This document shows, piece by piece, positions 50,095-64,000 of a stretch of DNA of 64,000 bases. How positions within the stretch are numbered: the first letter of the stretch is position 1; every line of letters begins with the position of its first letter. The position numbers were made by a program, and so were the translations under genes. The stretch lies in the NCBI RefSeq assembly GCF_046105845.1, contig NZ_CP151004.1; one strand, given 5' to 3'. The DNA is from Escherichia coli. GTDB lineage: Bacteria; Pseudomonadota; Gammaproteobacteria; Enterobacterales; Enterobacteriaceae. A model generated the notes under the pieces. It was not told the origin of the DNA. It saw only the letters and a program-made list of their open reading frames with translations, and made no database searches.

Positions 50095-50129
50095 AACTTT
50101 TCCTTAATGTAGTGGCGGAAGTCCTGTAT

Positions 50130-50193
50130 GCCTGATGAGCGTAGCGCATCAGGCATTCTATTAGTCGCGCGGAGATCCTTAAAAGATCTCCGC
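50130..50193. repeat. REP-type palindromic elements between srlD and gutM
   Basis: GCCTGATGAGCGTAGCGCATCAGGC (8-bp arms) at 50130..50154 and GCGGAGATCCTTAAAAGATCTCCGC at about 50168..50193, in the 105-bp intercistronic spacer. Confidence 0.5.
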
Positions 50194-50199
50194 TGTTGA

Positions 50200-51354
<1,155 letters not shown>

Positions 51355-51364
51355 GTTTCAGCCT

Positions 51365-52902
<1,538 letters not shown>

Positions 52903-53139
52903 TTATTGTTTTATTACCAAACGGCAACCTAATCTAATCAGATTGAAAGATTTAAAAGTGTTATTTTGATCGCAAAATGAAAGATAAATATTTTAACTTG
53001 AAAGTTTAAATAAAAGGATAGCGAGGAGAATGAGTTGAGTTATGTAAAGTCCGTATCGGGCAGTGACTACCGCTTCCTTGTGCGGGGCGTGATGCTTTAC
53101 CATACTTGCCCCTGGTTGAATCTGTTAAATGGACCCCTC

Positions 53140-54225
53140 ATGTTCAAGCGTCGTTATGTAACATTGCTTCCCCTTTTTGTGTTGCTTGCCGCCTGTAGCA
53201 GCAAGCCAAAACCTACTGAGACTGAAACGACCACCGGAACGCCGTCTGGCGGCTTCCTGCTTGAGCCGCAGCACAATGTGATGCAGATGGGCGGCGATTT
53301 CGCTAATAACCCGAATGCCCAGCAGTTCATCGACAAAATGGTGAACAAACACGGTTTCGATCGTCAGCAGTTGCAGGAAATTCTCTCCCAGGCGAAACGT
53401 CTGGATTCGGTACTGCGGCTGATGGATAACCAGGCACCAACCACATCGGTGAAACCGCCATCAGGTCCGAACGGCGCATGGCTGCGTTATCGCAAAAAAT
53501 TTATTACGCCGGACAACGTGCAGAACGGTGTGGTTTTCTGGAATCAGTATGAAGATGCGTTGAATCGCGCGTGGCAGGTGTATGGTGTACCGCCGGAAAT
53601 TATCGTCGGGATTATCGGCGTTGAAACCCGCTGGGGGCGCGTGATGGGGAAAACTCGCATCCTCGATGCGCTGGCAACGCTGTCATTTAACTACCCACGC
53701 CGCGCGGAGTATTTTTCTGGCGAGCTGGAAACCTTCCTGCTGATGGCGCGCGACGAGCAGGACGATCCGCTCAATCTGAAAGGTTCCTTTGCCGGGGCGA
53801 TGGGCTACGGACAGTTTATGCCGTCGTCTTACAAACAATACGCGGTAGATTTCAGCGGCGACGGGCATATCAACCTGTGGGATCCGGTTGATGCCATTGG
53901 TAGTGTGGCGAACTATTTCAAAGCGCACGGCTGGGTGAAAGGTGATCAGGTTGCGGTGATGGCAAACGGTCAGGCTCCAGGCTTGCCAAATGGCTTCAAA
54001 ACCAAGTACAGCATTTCGCAGCTTGCCGCGGCAGGTTTAACGCCACAGCAGCCGCTGGGCAACCATCAACAAGCCAGCCTGCTGCGTCTGGATGTCGGTA
54101 CCGGTTACCAGTACTGGTACGGTCTGCCGAACTTCTACACCATCACCCGTTACAACCACAGTACCCATTACGCAATGGCGGTCTGGCAGTTAGGACAAGC
54201 CGTGGCGCTGGCGCGCGTGCAGTAA
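53140..54225 (+). CDS. mltB: Membrane-bound lytic murein transglycosylase B
   Basis: Internal ATG of track ORF gives MFKRRYVTLLPLFVLLAACSS… (361 aa) with lipobox LAAC. Confidence 0.92.
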   Translation: MFKRRYVTLLPLFVLLAACSSKPKPTETETTTGTPSGGFLLEPQHNVMQMGGDFANNPNAQQFIDKMVNKHGFDRQQLQEILSQAKRLDSVLRLMDNQAPTTSVKPPSGPNGAWLRYRKKFITPDNVQNGVVFWNQYEDALNRAWQVYGVPPEIIVGIIGVETRWGRVMGKTRILDALATLSFNYPRRAEYFSGELETFLLMARDEQDDPLNLKGSFAGAMGYGQFMPSSYKQYAVDFSGDGHINLWDPVDAIGSVANYFKAHGWVKGDQVAVMANGQAPGLPNGFKTKYSISQLAAAGLTPQQPLGNHQQASLLRLDVGTGYQYWYGLPNFYTITRYNHSTHYAMAVWQLGQAVALARVQ

Positions 54226-54369
54226 CTATTTGCAAGAGGGGAGCGTGAGCTTCCCTCTGGCTAATCAGCTTTTTTCTGAATCCTCCTCGTAAAATTGCAA
54301 CGCCAACACCATCTTCCTGACGAAAGTGCTATCTTGTCCGGCATAAATTTTTGACTGACAGAGGTTGTG

Positions 54370-54867
54370 ATGACTGACAGTGAACTGATGCAGTTAAGCG
54401 AACAGGTTGGGCAGGCGCTGAAAGCCCGTGGCGCAACCGTAACAACTGCTGAGTCTTGTACCGGTGGTTGGGTAGCGAAAGTGATTACCGATATTGCCGG
54501 CAGTTCCGCCTGGTTTGAACGCGGATTTGTCACCTACAGTAACGAAGCGAAAGCGCAAATGATCGGTGTACGCGAAGAGACGCTGGCGCAGCATGGCGCG
54601 GTGAGCGAACCTGTCGTGGTGGAAATGGCGATAGGCGCACTGAAAGCGGCTCGTGCTGATTATGCCGTGTCTATTAGTGGTATCGCCGGGCCGGATGGCG
54701 GCAGTGAAGAGAAGCCTGTCGGCACCGTCTGGTTTGCTTTTGCCACTGCCCGTGGTGAAGGCATTACCCGGCGGGAATGCTTCAGCGGTGACCGTGATGC
54801 GGTACGTCGTCAGGCTACTGCGTATGCATTGCAGACCTTGTGGCAACAATTTCTACAAAACACTTGA
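54370..54867 (+). CDS. pncC: NMN amidohydrolase PncC (CinA-like C-terminal domain)
   Basis: MTDSELMQLSEQVGQALKARGATVTTAESCTGGW… (165 aa); immediately upstream of recA. Confidence 0.9.
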   Translation: MTDSELMQLSEQVGQALKARGATVTTAESCTGGWVAKVITDIAGSSAWFERGFVTYSNEAKAQMIGVREETLAQHGAVSEPVVVEMAIGALKAARADYAVSISGIAGPDGGSEEKPVGTVWFAFATARGEGITRRECFSGDRDAVRRQATAYALQTLWQQFLQNT

Positions 54868-56008
<1,141 letters not shown>

Positions 56009-56028
56009 TCGTCTTGTTTGATACACAA

Positions 56029-56058
56029 GGGTCGCATCTGCGGCCCTTTTGCTTTTTT
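56029..56058 (+). terminator. Hairpin plus T-run between recA and recX
   Basis: GGGTCGCATCTGCGGCCC followed by TTTTGCTTTTTT in the 68-bp recA-recX spacer. Confidence 0.5.
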
Positions 56059-56076
56059 AAGTTGTAAGGATATGCC

Positions 56077-56577
56077 ATGACAGAATCAACGTCCCGTCGC
56101 CCGGCATATGCTCGCCTGTTGGATCGTGCGGTACGCATTCTGGCGGTGCGCGATCACAGTGAGCAAGAATTGCGACGTAAACTCGCGGCACCGATCATGG
56201 GCAAAAATGGCCCGGAAGAGATTGATGCCACGGCAGAAGATTACGAGCGCGTTATCTCCTGGTGCCATGAACATGGCTATCTCGATGACAGCCGATTTGT
56301 TGCGCGCTTTATCGCCAGCCGTAGCCGCAAAGGTTATGGACCTGCGCGTATTCGTCAGGAACTGAATCAGAAAGGTATTTCCCGCGAAGCGACAGAAAAA
56401 GCGATGCGTGAATGTGACATCGACTGGTGCGCACTGGCGCGCGATCAGGCGACGCGAAAATATGGCGAACCTTTGCCAACTGTCTTTTCAGAAAAAGTTA
56501 AGATCCAGCGTTTTCTGCTCTATCGTGGCTATCTGATGGAAGATATCCAGGATATTTGGCGAAATTTTGCCGACTGA
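56077..56577 (+). CDS. recX: RecA regulator RecX
   Basis: 166-aa [39 protein letters not shown]…. Confidence 0.92.
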   Translation: MTESTSRRPAYARLLDRAVRILAVRDHSEQELRRKLAAPIMGKNGPEEIDATAEDYERVISWCHEHGYLDDSRFVARFIASRSRKGYGPARIRQELNQKGISREATEKAMRECDIDWCALARDQATRKYGEPLPTVFSEKVKIQRFLLYRGYLMEDIQDIWRNFAD

Positions 56578-56705
56578 ACGCATACGGGATTTTACTTCCC
56601 AGTCAAGAAAACTTATCTTATTCCCACTTTTCAGTTACCAGCCGGGCGGTTAACGACACGCAACGGCTGGTAGCGATATTTCGTTAGCTTGATTTCAGGA
56701 TAATT

Positions 56706-59336
56706 ATGAGCAAGAGCACCGCTGAGATCCGTCAGGCGTTTCTCGACTTTTTCCATAGTAAGGGACATCAGGTAGTTGCCAGCAGCTCCCTGGTACCCCA
56801 TAACGACCCAACTTTGTTGTTTACCAACGCCGGGATGAACCAGTTCAAGGATGTGTTCCTTGGGCTCGACAAGCGTAATTATTCCCGCGCTACCACTTCC
56901 CAACGCTGCGTGCGTGCGGGTGGTAAACACAACGACCTGGAAAACGTCGGTTACACCGCGCGTCACCATACCTTCTTCGAAATGCTGGGCAACTTCAGCT
57001 TCGGCGACTATTTCAAACACGATGCCATTCAGTTTGCATGGGAACTGCTGACCAGTGAAAAATGGTTTGCCCTGCCGAAAGAGCGTCTGTGGGTTACCGT
57101 CTATGAAAGCGACGACGAAGCCTACGAAATCTGGGAAAAAGAAGTAGGGATCCCGCGCGAACGTATTATTCGCATCGGCGATAACAAAGGTGCGCCATAC
57201 GCATCTGACAACTTCTGGCAGATGGGTGACACTGGTCCGTGCGGCCCGTGCACCGAAATCTTCTACGATCACGGCGACCACATTTGGGGTGGCCCTCCGG
57301 GAAGCCCGGAAGAAGACGGCGATCGCTACATTGAGATCTGGAACATCGTCTTCATGCAGTTCAACCGCCAGGCAGATGGCACGATGGAACCGCTGCCGAA
57401 GCCGTCTGTAGATACCGGTATGGGTCTGGAGCGTATTGCTGCGGTGCTGCAACACGTTAACTCTAACTATGACATCGACCTGTTCCGCACGCTGATCCAG
57501 GCGGTAGCGAAAGTCACTGGCGCGACCGATCTGAGCAATAAATCGCTGCGCGTAATCGCTGACCACATTCGTTCTTGTGCGTTCCTGATCGCGGATGGCG
57601 TAATGCCGTCCAACGAAAACCGTGGTTATGTACTGCGTCGTATCATTCGTCGCGCAGTGCGTCACGGTAATATGCTCGGCGCGAAAGAAACCTTCTTCTA
57701 CAAACTGGTTGGTCCGCTGATCGACGTTATGGGCTCTGCGGGCGAAGACCTGAAACGCCAGCAGGCGCAGGTTGAGCAGGTGCTGAAGACTGAAGAAGAG
57801 CAGTTTGCCCGTACTCTGGAGCGCGGTCTGGCGCTGCTGGACGAAGAGCTGGCAAAACTTTCTGGTGATACGCTGGATGGTGAAACGGCTTTCCGTCTGT
57901 ACGACACCTATGGCTTCCCGGTTGACCTGACGGCTGATGTTTGTCGTGAGCGCAACATCAAAGTTGACGAAGCTGGATTTGAAGCAGCAATGGAAGAGCA
58001 GCGTCGTCGTGCGCGCGAAGCCAGCGGCTTTGGTGCCGATTACAACGCAATGATCCGTGTTGACAGTGCATCTGAATTTAAAGGCTATGACCATCTGGAA
58101 CTGAACGGCAAAGTGACCGCGCTGTTTGTTGATGGTAAAGCGGTTGATGCCATCAATGCAGGCCAGGAAGCTGTGGTCGTGCTGGATCAAACGCCATTCT
58201 ATGCTGAATCCGGCGGTCAGGTTGGTGATAAAGGCGAACTGAAAGGCGCTAACTTCTCCTTTGCGGTGGAAGATACGCAGAAATACGGCCAGGCGATTGG
58301 TCACATCGGTAAACTTGCTGCGGGTTCTCTGAAAGTGGGCGACGCGGTGCAGGCTGATGTTGATGAAGCTCGTCGCGCCCGTATTCGTCTGAATCACTCC
58401 GCAACGCACCTGATGCACGCGGCGCTGCGCCAGGTTCTGGGTACTCATGTATCGCAGAAAGGTTCACTGGTTAACGACAAAGTGCTGCGCTTCGACTTCT
58501 CACACAACGAAGCGATGAAACCAGAAGAGATTCGTGCGGTCGAAGACCTGGTGAACGCACAGATTCGCCGTAACTTGCCGATTGAAACCAACATCATGGA
58601 TCTCGAAGCGGCGAAAGCGAAAGGTGCGATGGCGCTGTTCGGCGAGAAGTATGATGAGCGCGTACGCGTGCTGAGCATGGGCGATTTCTCCACCGAGCTG
58701 TGTGGCGGTACTCACGCCAGCCGCACTGGTGATATTGGTCTGTTCCGCATCATCTCTGAATCGGGTACTGCTGCAGGCGTTCGTCGTATCGAAGCGGTAA
58801 CCGGAGAAGGCGCTATCGCCACCGTTCATGCAGACAGCGATCGCTTAAACGAAGTCGCGCATCTGCTGAAAGGCGATAGCAATAATCTGGCTGATAAAGT
58901 GCGCTCAGTACTGGAACGTACGCGTCAGCTGGAAAAAGAGTTACAACAGCTTAAAGAACAAGCTGCCGCACAGGAGAGCGCAAATCTTTCCAGTAAGGCA
59001 ATTGATGTTAATGGTGTTAAGCTGTTGGTTAGCGAGCTTAGCGGTGTTGAGCCGAAAATGTTGCGTACCATGGTTGACGATTTAAAAAATCAGCTGGGGT
59101 CGACAATTATCGTGCTGGCAACGGTAGTCGAAGGTAAGGTTTCTCTGATTGCAGGCGTATCTAAGGACGTCACAGATCGTGTGAAAGCAGGGGAACTGAT
59201 TGGTATGGTCGCTCAGCAGGTGGGCGGCAAGGGTGGTGGACGTCCTGACATGGCGCAAGCCGGTGGTACGGATGCTGCGGCCTTACCTGCAGCGTTAGCC
59301 AGTGTGAAAGGCTGGGTCAGCGCGAAATTGCAATAA
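56706..59336 (+). CDS. alaS: Alanine--tRNA ligase
   Basis: 876-aa [52 protein letters not shown]…. Confidence 0.98.
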   Translation: MSKSTAEIRQAFLDFFHSKGHQVVASSSLVPHNDPTLLFTNAGMNQFKDVFLGLDKRNYSRATTSQRCVRAGGKHNDLENVGYTARHHTFFEMLGNFSFGDYFKHDAIQFAWELLTSEKWFALPKERLWVTVYESDDEAYEIWEKEVGIPRERIIRIGDNKGAPYASDNFWQMGDTGPCGPCTEIFYDHGDHIWGGPPGSPEEDGDRYIEIWNIVFMQFNRQADGTMEPLPKPSVDTGMGLERIAAVLQHVNSNYDIDLFRTLIQAVAKVTGATDLSNKSLRVIADHIRSCAFLIADGVMPSNENRGYVLRRIIRRAVRHGNMLGAKETFFYKLVGPLIDVMGSAGEDLKRQQAQVEQVLKTEEEQFARTLERGLALLDEELAKLSGDTLDGETAFRLYDTYGFPVDLTADVCRERNIKVDEAGFEAAMEEQRRRAREASGFGADYNAMIRVDSASEFKGYDHLELNGKVTALFVDGKAVDAINAGQEAVVVLDQTPFYAESGGQVGDKGELKGANFSFAVEDTQKYGQAIGHIGKLAAGSLKVGDAVQADVDEARRARIRLNHSATHLMHAALRQVLGTHVSQKGSLVNDKVLRFDFSHNEAMKPEEIRAVEDLVNAQIRRNLPIETNIMDLEAAKAKGAMALFGEKYDERVRVLSMGDFSTELCGGTHASRTGDIGLFRIISESGTAAGVRRIEAVTGEGAIATVHADSDRLNEVAHLLKGDSNNLADKVRSVLERTRQLEKELQQLKEQAAAQESANLSSKAIDVNGVKLLVSELSGVEPKMLRTMVDDLKNQLGSTIIVLATVVEGKVSLIAGVSKDVTDRVKAGELIGMVAQQVGGKGGGRPDMAQAGGTDAAALPAALASVKGWVSAKLQ

Positions 59337-59570
59337 TATAAGCGTCAGGCAATGCCGTGGACTCGCTTCACGGCATTCGCATTAACGCTATCGACAACGA
59401 TAAAGTCAGGTTGAAGTTGTGTATATCGGCTAAACTTAGGTTTAACAGAATGTAATGCCATGACTGCTTACATGTAATGTGTTTGTCATTGCTTACTTTT
59501 TGGCGTTATATGATGGATAATGCCGGGATACAGAGAGACCCGACTCTTTTAATCTTTCAAGGAGCAAAGA

Positions 59571-59756
59571 ATGCTGATTCTGACTCGTCGAGTTGGTGAG
59601 ACCCTCATGATTGGGGATGAGGTCACCGTGACAGTTTTAGGGGTAAAGGGCAACCAGGTACGTATTGGCGTAAATGCCCCGAAGGAAGTTTCTGTTCACC
59701 GTGAAGAGATCTACCAGCGTATCCAGGCTGAAAAATCCCAGCAGTCCAGTTACTAA
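59571..59756 (+). CDS. csrA: Carbon storage regulator CsrA
   Basis: 61-aa [64 protein letters not shown]. Confidence 0.98.
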
Positions 59757-60071
59757 TCTTTCCGCGTCTCATCTTTATCGGTGAGACGCACCCTCAAAAT
59801 TTCTTCTTCACTCCATTGTCTTTTCGCTTTACTCCCGTTCATTCAACTTAAGTCTCCATTTTTTTGCATTACTGCTATCTGACAGACCTCCGTTTTTCTG
59901 TTGATAAAACACTCTTTTTGACGTTTTTACAGACTAATTGAGCGTGAAGTGTGCAAACGATAAAAGTGTGGGAAAAATTGTTTGACTTATAAGTCTCAGA
60001 AAGTAATATGTGCGCCACGCAGCGACGATGAGCGATAAACAAGTTCTTCGAAGCACTCGTAAGAGGCGTGT

Positions 60072-60164
60072 GGTGAGGTGGCCGAGAGGCTGAAGGCGCT
60101 CCCCTGCTAAGGGAGTATGCGGTCAAAAGCTGCATCCGGGGTTCGAATCCCCGCCTCACCGCCA
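60072..60164 (+). tRNA. serV: tRNA-Ser (anticodon GCU)
   Basis: 93-nt sequence GGTGAGGTGGCCGAGAGGCTGAAGGCGCTCCCCTGCTAAGGGAG…CGCCTCACCGCCA with long variable arm, GCT anticodon and encoded CCA. Confidence 0.95.
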
Positions 60165-60167
60165 TTT

Positions 60168-60244
60168 GCATCCGTAGCTCAGCTGGATAGAGTACTCGGC
60201 TACGAACCGAGCGGTCGGAGGTTCGAATCCTCCCGGATGCACCA
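60168..60244 (+). tRNA. argV: tRNA-Arg (anticodon ACG), copy 1
   Basis: 77-nt GCATCCGTAGCTCAGCTGGATAGAGTACTCGGCTACGAACCGAGCGGTCGGAGGTTCGAATCCTCCCGGATGCACCA; 3 nt after serV. Symbol assigned by position. Confidence 0.95.
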
Positions 60245-60378
60245 TATTCTACATATTTTCAGCGATGAAGGTATGGAAGAGGTGGCGGTAATAACCGCAG
60301 GCACTAGGGAGGATAACGTTGCTTTAGCAACGGCCCGAAGGGCGAGCCGCAAGGCGAGTAATCCTCCCGGATGCACCA
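60245..60378 (+). repeat. 134-bp element A ending in a duplicate of the tRNA-Arg 3' end
   Basis: Begins TATTCTACATATTTTCAGCGATGAAGG…, contains a small hairpin CGTTGC-TTTA-GCAACG, and ends …AATCCTCCCGGATGCACCA, identical to the last about 19 nt of the preceding tRNA-Arg. Confidence 0.7.
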
Positions 60379-60442
60379 TCTCTTACTTGATACGGCTTTA
60401 GTAGCGGTATCAAAAAATCTGCAGTAAAGTAAGTTTCCCGAT

Positions 60443-60519
60443 GCATCCGTAGCTCAGCTGGATAGAGTACTCGGCTACGAACCGAGCGGTCGGAGGTTCG
60501 AATCCTCCCGGATGCACCA
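60443..60519 (+). tRNA. argY: tRNA-Arg (anticodon ACG), copy 2
   Basis: Identical 77-nt sequence; symbol assigned by position. Confidence 0.95.
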
Positions 60520-60582
60520 TCTCTTACTTGATATGGCTTTAGTAGCGATATCAATATCAGCAGTAAAATAAATTTTCCCGAT

Positions 60583-60659
60583 GCATCCGTAGCTCAGCTG
60601 GATAGAGTACTCGGCTACGAACCGAGCGGTCGGAGGTTCGAATCCTCCCGGATGCACCA
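60583..60659 (+). tRNA. argZ: tRNA-Arg (anticodon ACG), copy 3
   Basis: Identical 77-nt sequence; 63-bp spacer from copy 2. Confidence 0.95.
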
Positions 60660-60722
60660 TCTCTTACTTGATATGGCTTTAGTAGCGATATCAATATCAG
60701 CAGTAAAATAAGTTTTCCCGAT

Positions 60723-60799
60723 GCATCCGTAGCTCAGCTGGATAGAGTACTCGGCTACGAACCGAGCGGTCGGAGGTTCGAATCCTCCCGGATGCACCA
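60723..60799 (+). tRNA. argQ: tRNA-Arg (anticodon ACG), copy 4
   Basis: Identical 77-nt sequence; 63-bp spacer from copy 3. Confidence 0.95.
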
Positions 60800-60932
60800 T
60801 ATTCTCCGAAATCTTCAGCAATAAAGGTATCGAAGAGGTAGCGGAATTAACCGCAGGCACCAGGGAGGATAACGTTGCGCCAGCAACGGCCCGAAGGGCG
60901 AACGCCAGTGAGTCATCCTCCCGGATGCACCA
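60800..60932 (+). repeat. 133-bp element B, paralogous to element A, ending in a duplicate of the tRNA-Arg 3' end
   Basis: TATTCTCCGAAATCTTCAGCAATAAAGG…GGAGGATAACGTTGCGCCAGCAACGGCCCGAAGGGCG…TCATCCTCCCGGATGCACCA; roughly 80 percent identical to element A by eye. Confidence 0.7.
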
Positions 60933-61079
60933 TCTTCTCCAAAAAATTTCCTTCAAAAATATCTCATTTCTAAATAACTACTTTATCCATTTCCTGAATA
61001 TTCTTCTCCTTCGCCATCAGCGACAAAATCAAGCAATTACGCTAAAGTAGCGTCATATTTTTCGACTTGCGAGAAGACC

Positions 61080-61646
61080 ATGTACGAGCGTTATGCAGGT
61101 TTAATTTTTGATATGGATGGCACCATCCTGGATACGGAGCCTACGCACCGTAAAGCGTGGCGCGAAGTATTAGGGCACTACGGTCTTCAGTACGATGTTC
61201 AGGCAATGATTGCGCTTAATGGCTCGCCCACCTGGCGTATTGCTCAGGCGATTATTGAGCTGAATCAGGCCGATCTCGACCCGCATGCGTTAGCGCGTGA
61301 AAAAACAGAAGCAGTAAGAAGTATGCTGCTGGATAGCGTCGAGCCGCTTCCTCTTGTCGAAGTGGTGAAAAGTTGGCATGGTCGTCGCCCAATGGCTGTA
61401 GGAACGGGGAGTGAAAGCGCCATCGCTGAGGCATTGCTGGCGCACCTGGGGTTACGCCATTATTTTGACGCCGTCGTCGCTGCCGATCACGTCAAACATC
61501 ATAAACCTGCGCCAGACACATTTTTGTTGTGCGCGCAGCGTATGGGCGTGCAACCGACGCAGTGTGTGGTCTTTGAAGATGCCGATTTCGGTATTCAGGC
61601 GGCCCTTGCAGCAGGCATGGACGCCGTGGATGTTCGCTTGCTGTGA
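61080..61646 (+). CDS. yqaB: HAD-family sugar phosphatase YqaB
   Basis: 188-aa ORF with HAD motif I (FDMDGT). Confidence 0.9.
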   Translation: MYERYAGLIFDMDGTILDTEPTHRKAWREVLGHYGLQYDVQAMIALNGSPTWRIAQAIIELNQADLDPHALAREKTEAVRSMLLDSVEPLPLVEVVKSWHGRRPMAVGTGSESAIAEALLAHLGLRHYFDAVVAADHVKHHKPAPDTFLLCAQRMGVQPTQCVVFEDADFGIQAALAAGMDAVDVRLL

Positions 61647-62071
61647 GTGAAGCGTTATCGCTTTTCTCGTTGTTTGCCAGTAGTTTTCTCAGCGCTACAC
61701 TATTACCCGGCAACTCCGAAGTCGTGCTGGTGGCAATGTTGCTTTCCGGGATCAGTCATCCCTGGGTTTTAGTTTTAACAGCAACAATGGGTAATAGCCT
61801 TGGAGGGTTAACTAACGTTATCCTTGGGCGTTTCTTTCCATTGCGTAAAACATCGCGCTGGCAAGAGAAAGCTACCGGCTGGCTGAAACGCTATGGTGCA
61901 GTCACGCTATTATTAAGCTGGATGCCCGTGGTTGGCGATTTACTGTGTCTGTTAGCGGGATGGATGCGCATCTCGTGGGGACCGGTAATCTTTTTTTTGT
62001 GCCTTGGTAAAGCGTTACGCTATGTTGCAGTTGCAGCAGCTACCGTTCAGGGCATGATGTGGTGGCACTAA
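61643..62071 (+). CDS. yqaA: DedA-family inner membrane protein YqaA
   Basis: 142-aa hydrophobic ORF overlapping yqaB by 4 nt. Confidence 0.85.
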   Translation: MSEALSLFSLFASSFLSATLLPGNSEVVLVAMLLSGISHPWVLVLTATMGNSLGGLTNVILGRFFPLRKTSRWQEKATGWLKRYGAVTLLLSWMPVVGDLLCLLAGWMRISWGPVIFFLCLGKALRYVAVAAATVQGMMWWH

Positions 62072-62116
62072 TTGTAGGCCTGCACATATGGTCACCATTA
62101 CAGTTATGCTAATTAA

Positions 62117-63700
<1,584 letters not shown>

Positions 63701-63708
63701 CAGAAAAG

Positions 63709-63781
63709 AAAAAGGCCACTCGTGAGTGGCCAAAATTTCATCTCTGAATTCAGGGATGATGATAACAAATGCGCGTCTTTC
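63709..63781 (-). ncRNA. micA: Small regulatory RNA MicA (SraD)
   Basis: Minus strand reads GAAAGACGCGCATTTGTTATCATCATCCCTGAATTCAGAGATGAAATTTTGGCCACTCACGAGTGGCCTTTTT, recognised as MicA with its terminator hairpin; lies between gshA and luxS as in E. coli. Confidence 0.85.
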
Positions 63782-63849
63782 ATATACTCAGACTCGCCTG
63801 GGAAGAAAGAGTTCAGAAAATTTTTAAAAAAATTACCGGAGGTGGCTAA

Positions 63850-64000
63850 ATGCCGTTGTTAGATAGCTTCACAGTCGATCATACCCGGATGGAAGCGCCT
63901 GCAGTTCGGGTGGCGAAAACAATGAACACCCCGCATGGCGACGCAATCACCGTGTTCGATCTGCGCTTCTGCGTGCCGAACAAAGAAGTGATGCCAGAAA
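63850..64000 (+). CDS. luxS: S-ribosylhomocysteine lyase LuxS, 3' end cut by window edge
   Basis: ATG at 63850 opens [50 protein letters not shown]…, which runs to the window end. Confidence 0.85.

Noticed and set aside
56631-58448. 605-aa minus-strand ORF, the longest unannotated ORF in the window.
   Set aside because: Lies entirely antisense to alaS, whose 876-aa product is unmistakable; long antisense frames are common in GC-rich coding DNA. The same reasoning applies to 31507..32940 opposite hycE, 29457..30344 opposite hycC and 15606..16202 opposite rpoS.
59765-59788. Hairpin CGTCTCA…TGAGACG after csrA as a terminator.
   Set aside because: No T-run follows, so it is not a convincing intrinsic terminator; left unannotated.
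60117-60956. ORFs of 61-113 aa on both strands across the tRNA cluster, including a possible short basic peptide starting at the ATG inside element A (MEEVAVITAGTRED…).
   Set aside because: These frames run through tRNA genes and repeated spacers; element B has no equivalent start codon, so a conserved peptide is not supported.

Overview
This window reads as an Escherichia coli chromosomal segment, almost entirely conserved core genome, and I found no convincing previously undescribed multi-gene system in it. Gene order on the + strand is: the 3' half of a type I-E CRISPR-Cas operon (casC partial, casD, casE, cas1, cas2), its leader and a 24-spacer array, iap, cysDNC, ygbE, ftsB, ispDF, truD, surE, pcm, nlpD, rpoS, a short scarred rpoS-mutS segment, pphB, mutS, ygbA, fhlA, hypEDCBA, hycABCDEFGHI, ascBFG, hydN-hypF, norWV/norR, gutQ-srlRMDBEA, mltB, pncC, recA-recX, alaS, csrA, a serV-tRNA-Arg x4 cluster, yqaBA, gshA, MicA and the start of luxS. 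Gene identities come from the translated ORFs, which I recognise as canonical E. coli proteins; start codons were adjusted from the ORF track by codon arithmetic where the track began at an upstream alternative start. Against this backbone there are a few compact accessory or rearranged spots: (1) the rpoS-mutS segment, which looks like a deletion scar; (2) a tandem-TOBE (Mop-like) gene directly downstream of fhlA; (3) a HigB/HigA-family toxin-antitoxin pair between hycI and ascB; (4) two ~133-bp elements in the tRNA-Arg cluster that each end in a copy of the tRNA-Arg 3' end. The CRISPR array is strain-specific content. Coordinates of CDSs are exact to the ORF track; coordinates of small non-coding features were counted by hand from nearby ORF anchors and may be off by 1-2 nt. 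No homology search, structure prediction or composition calculation could be run.
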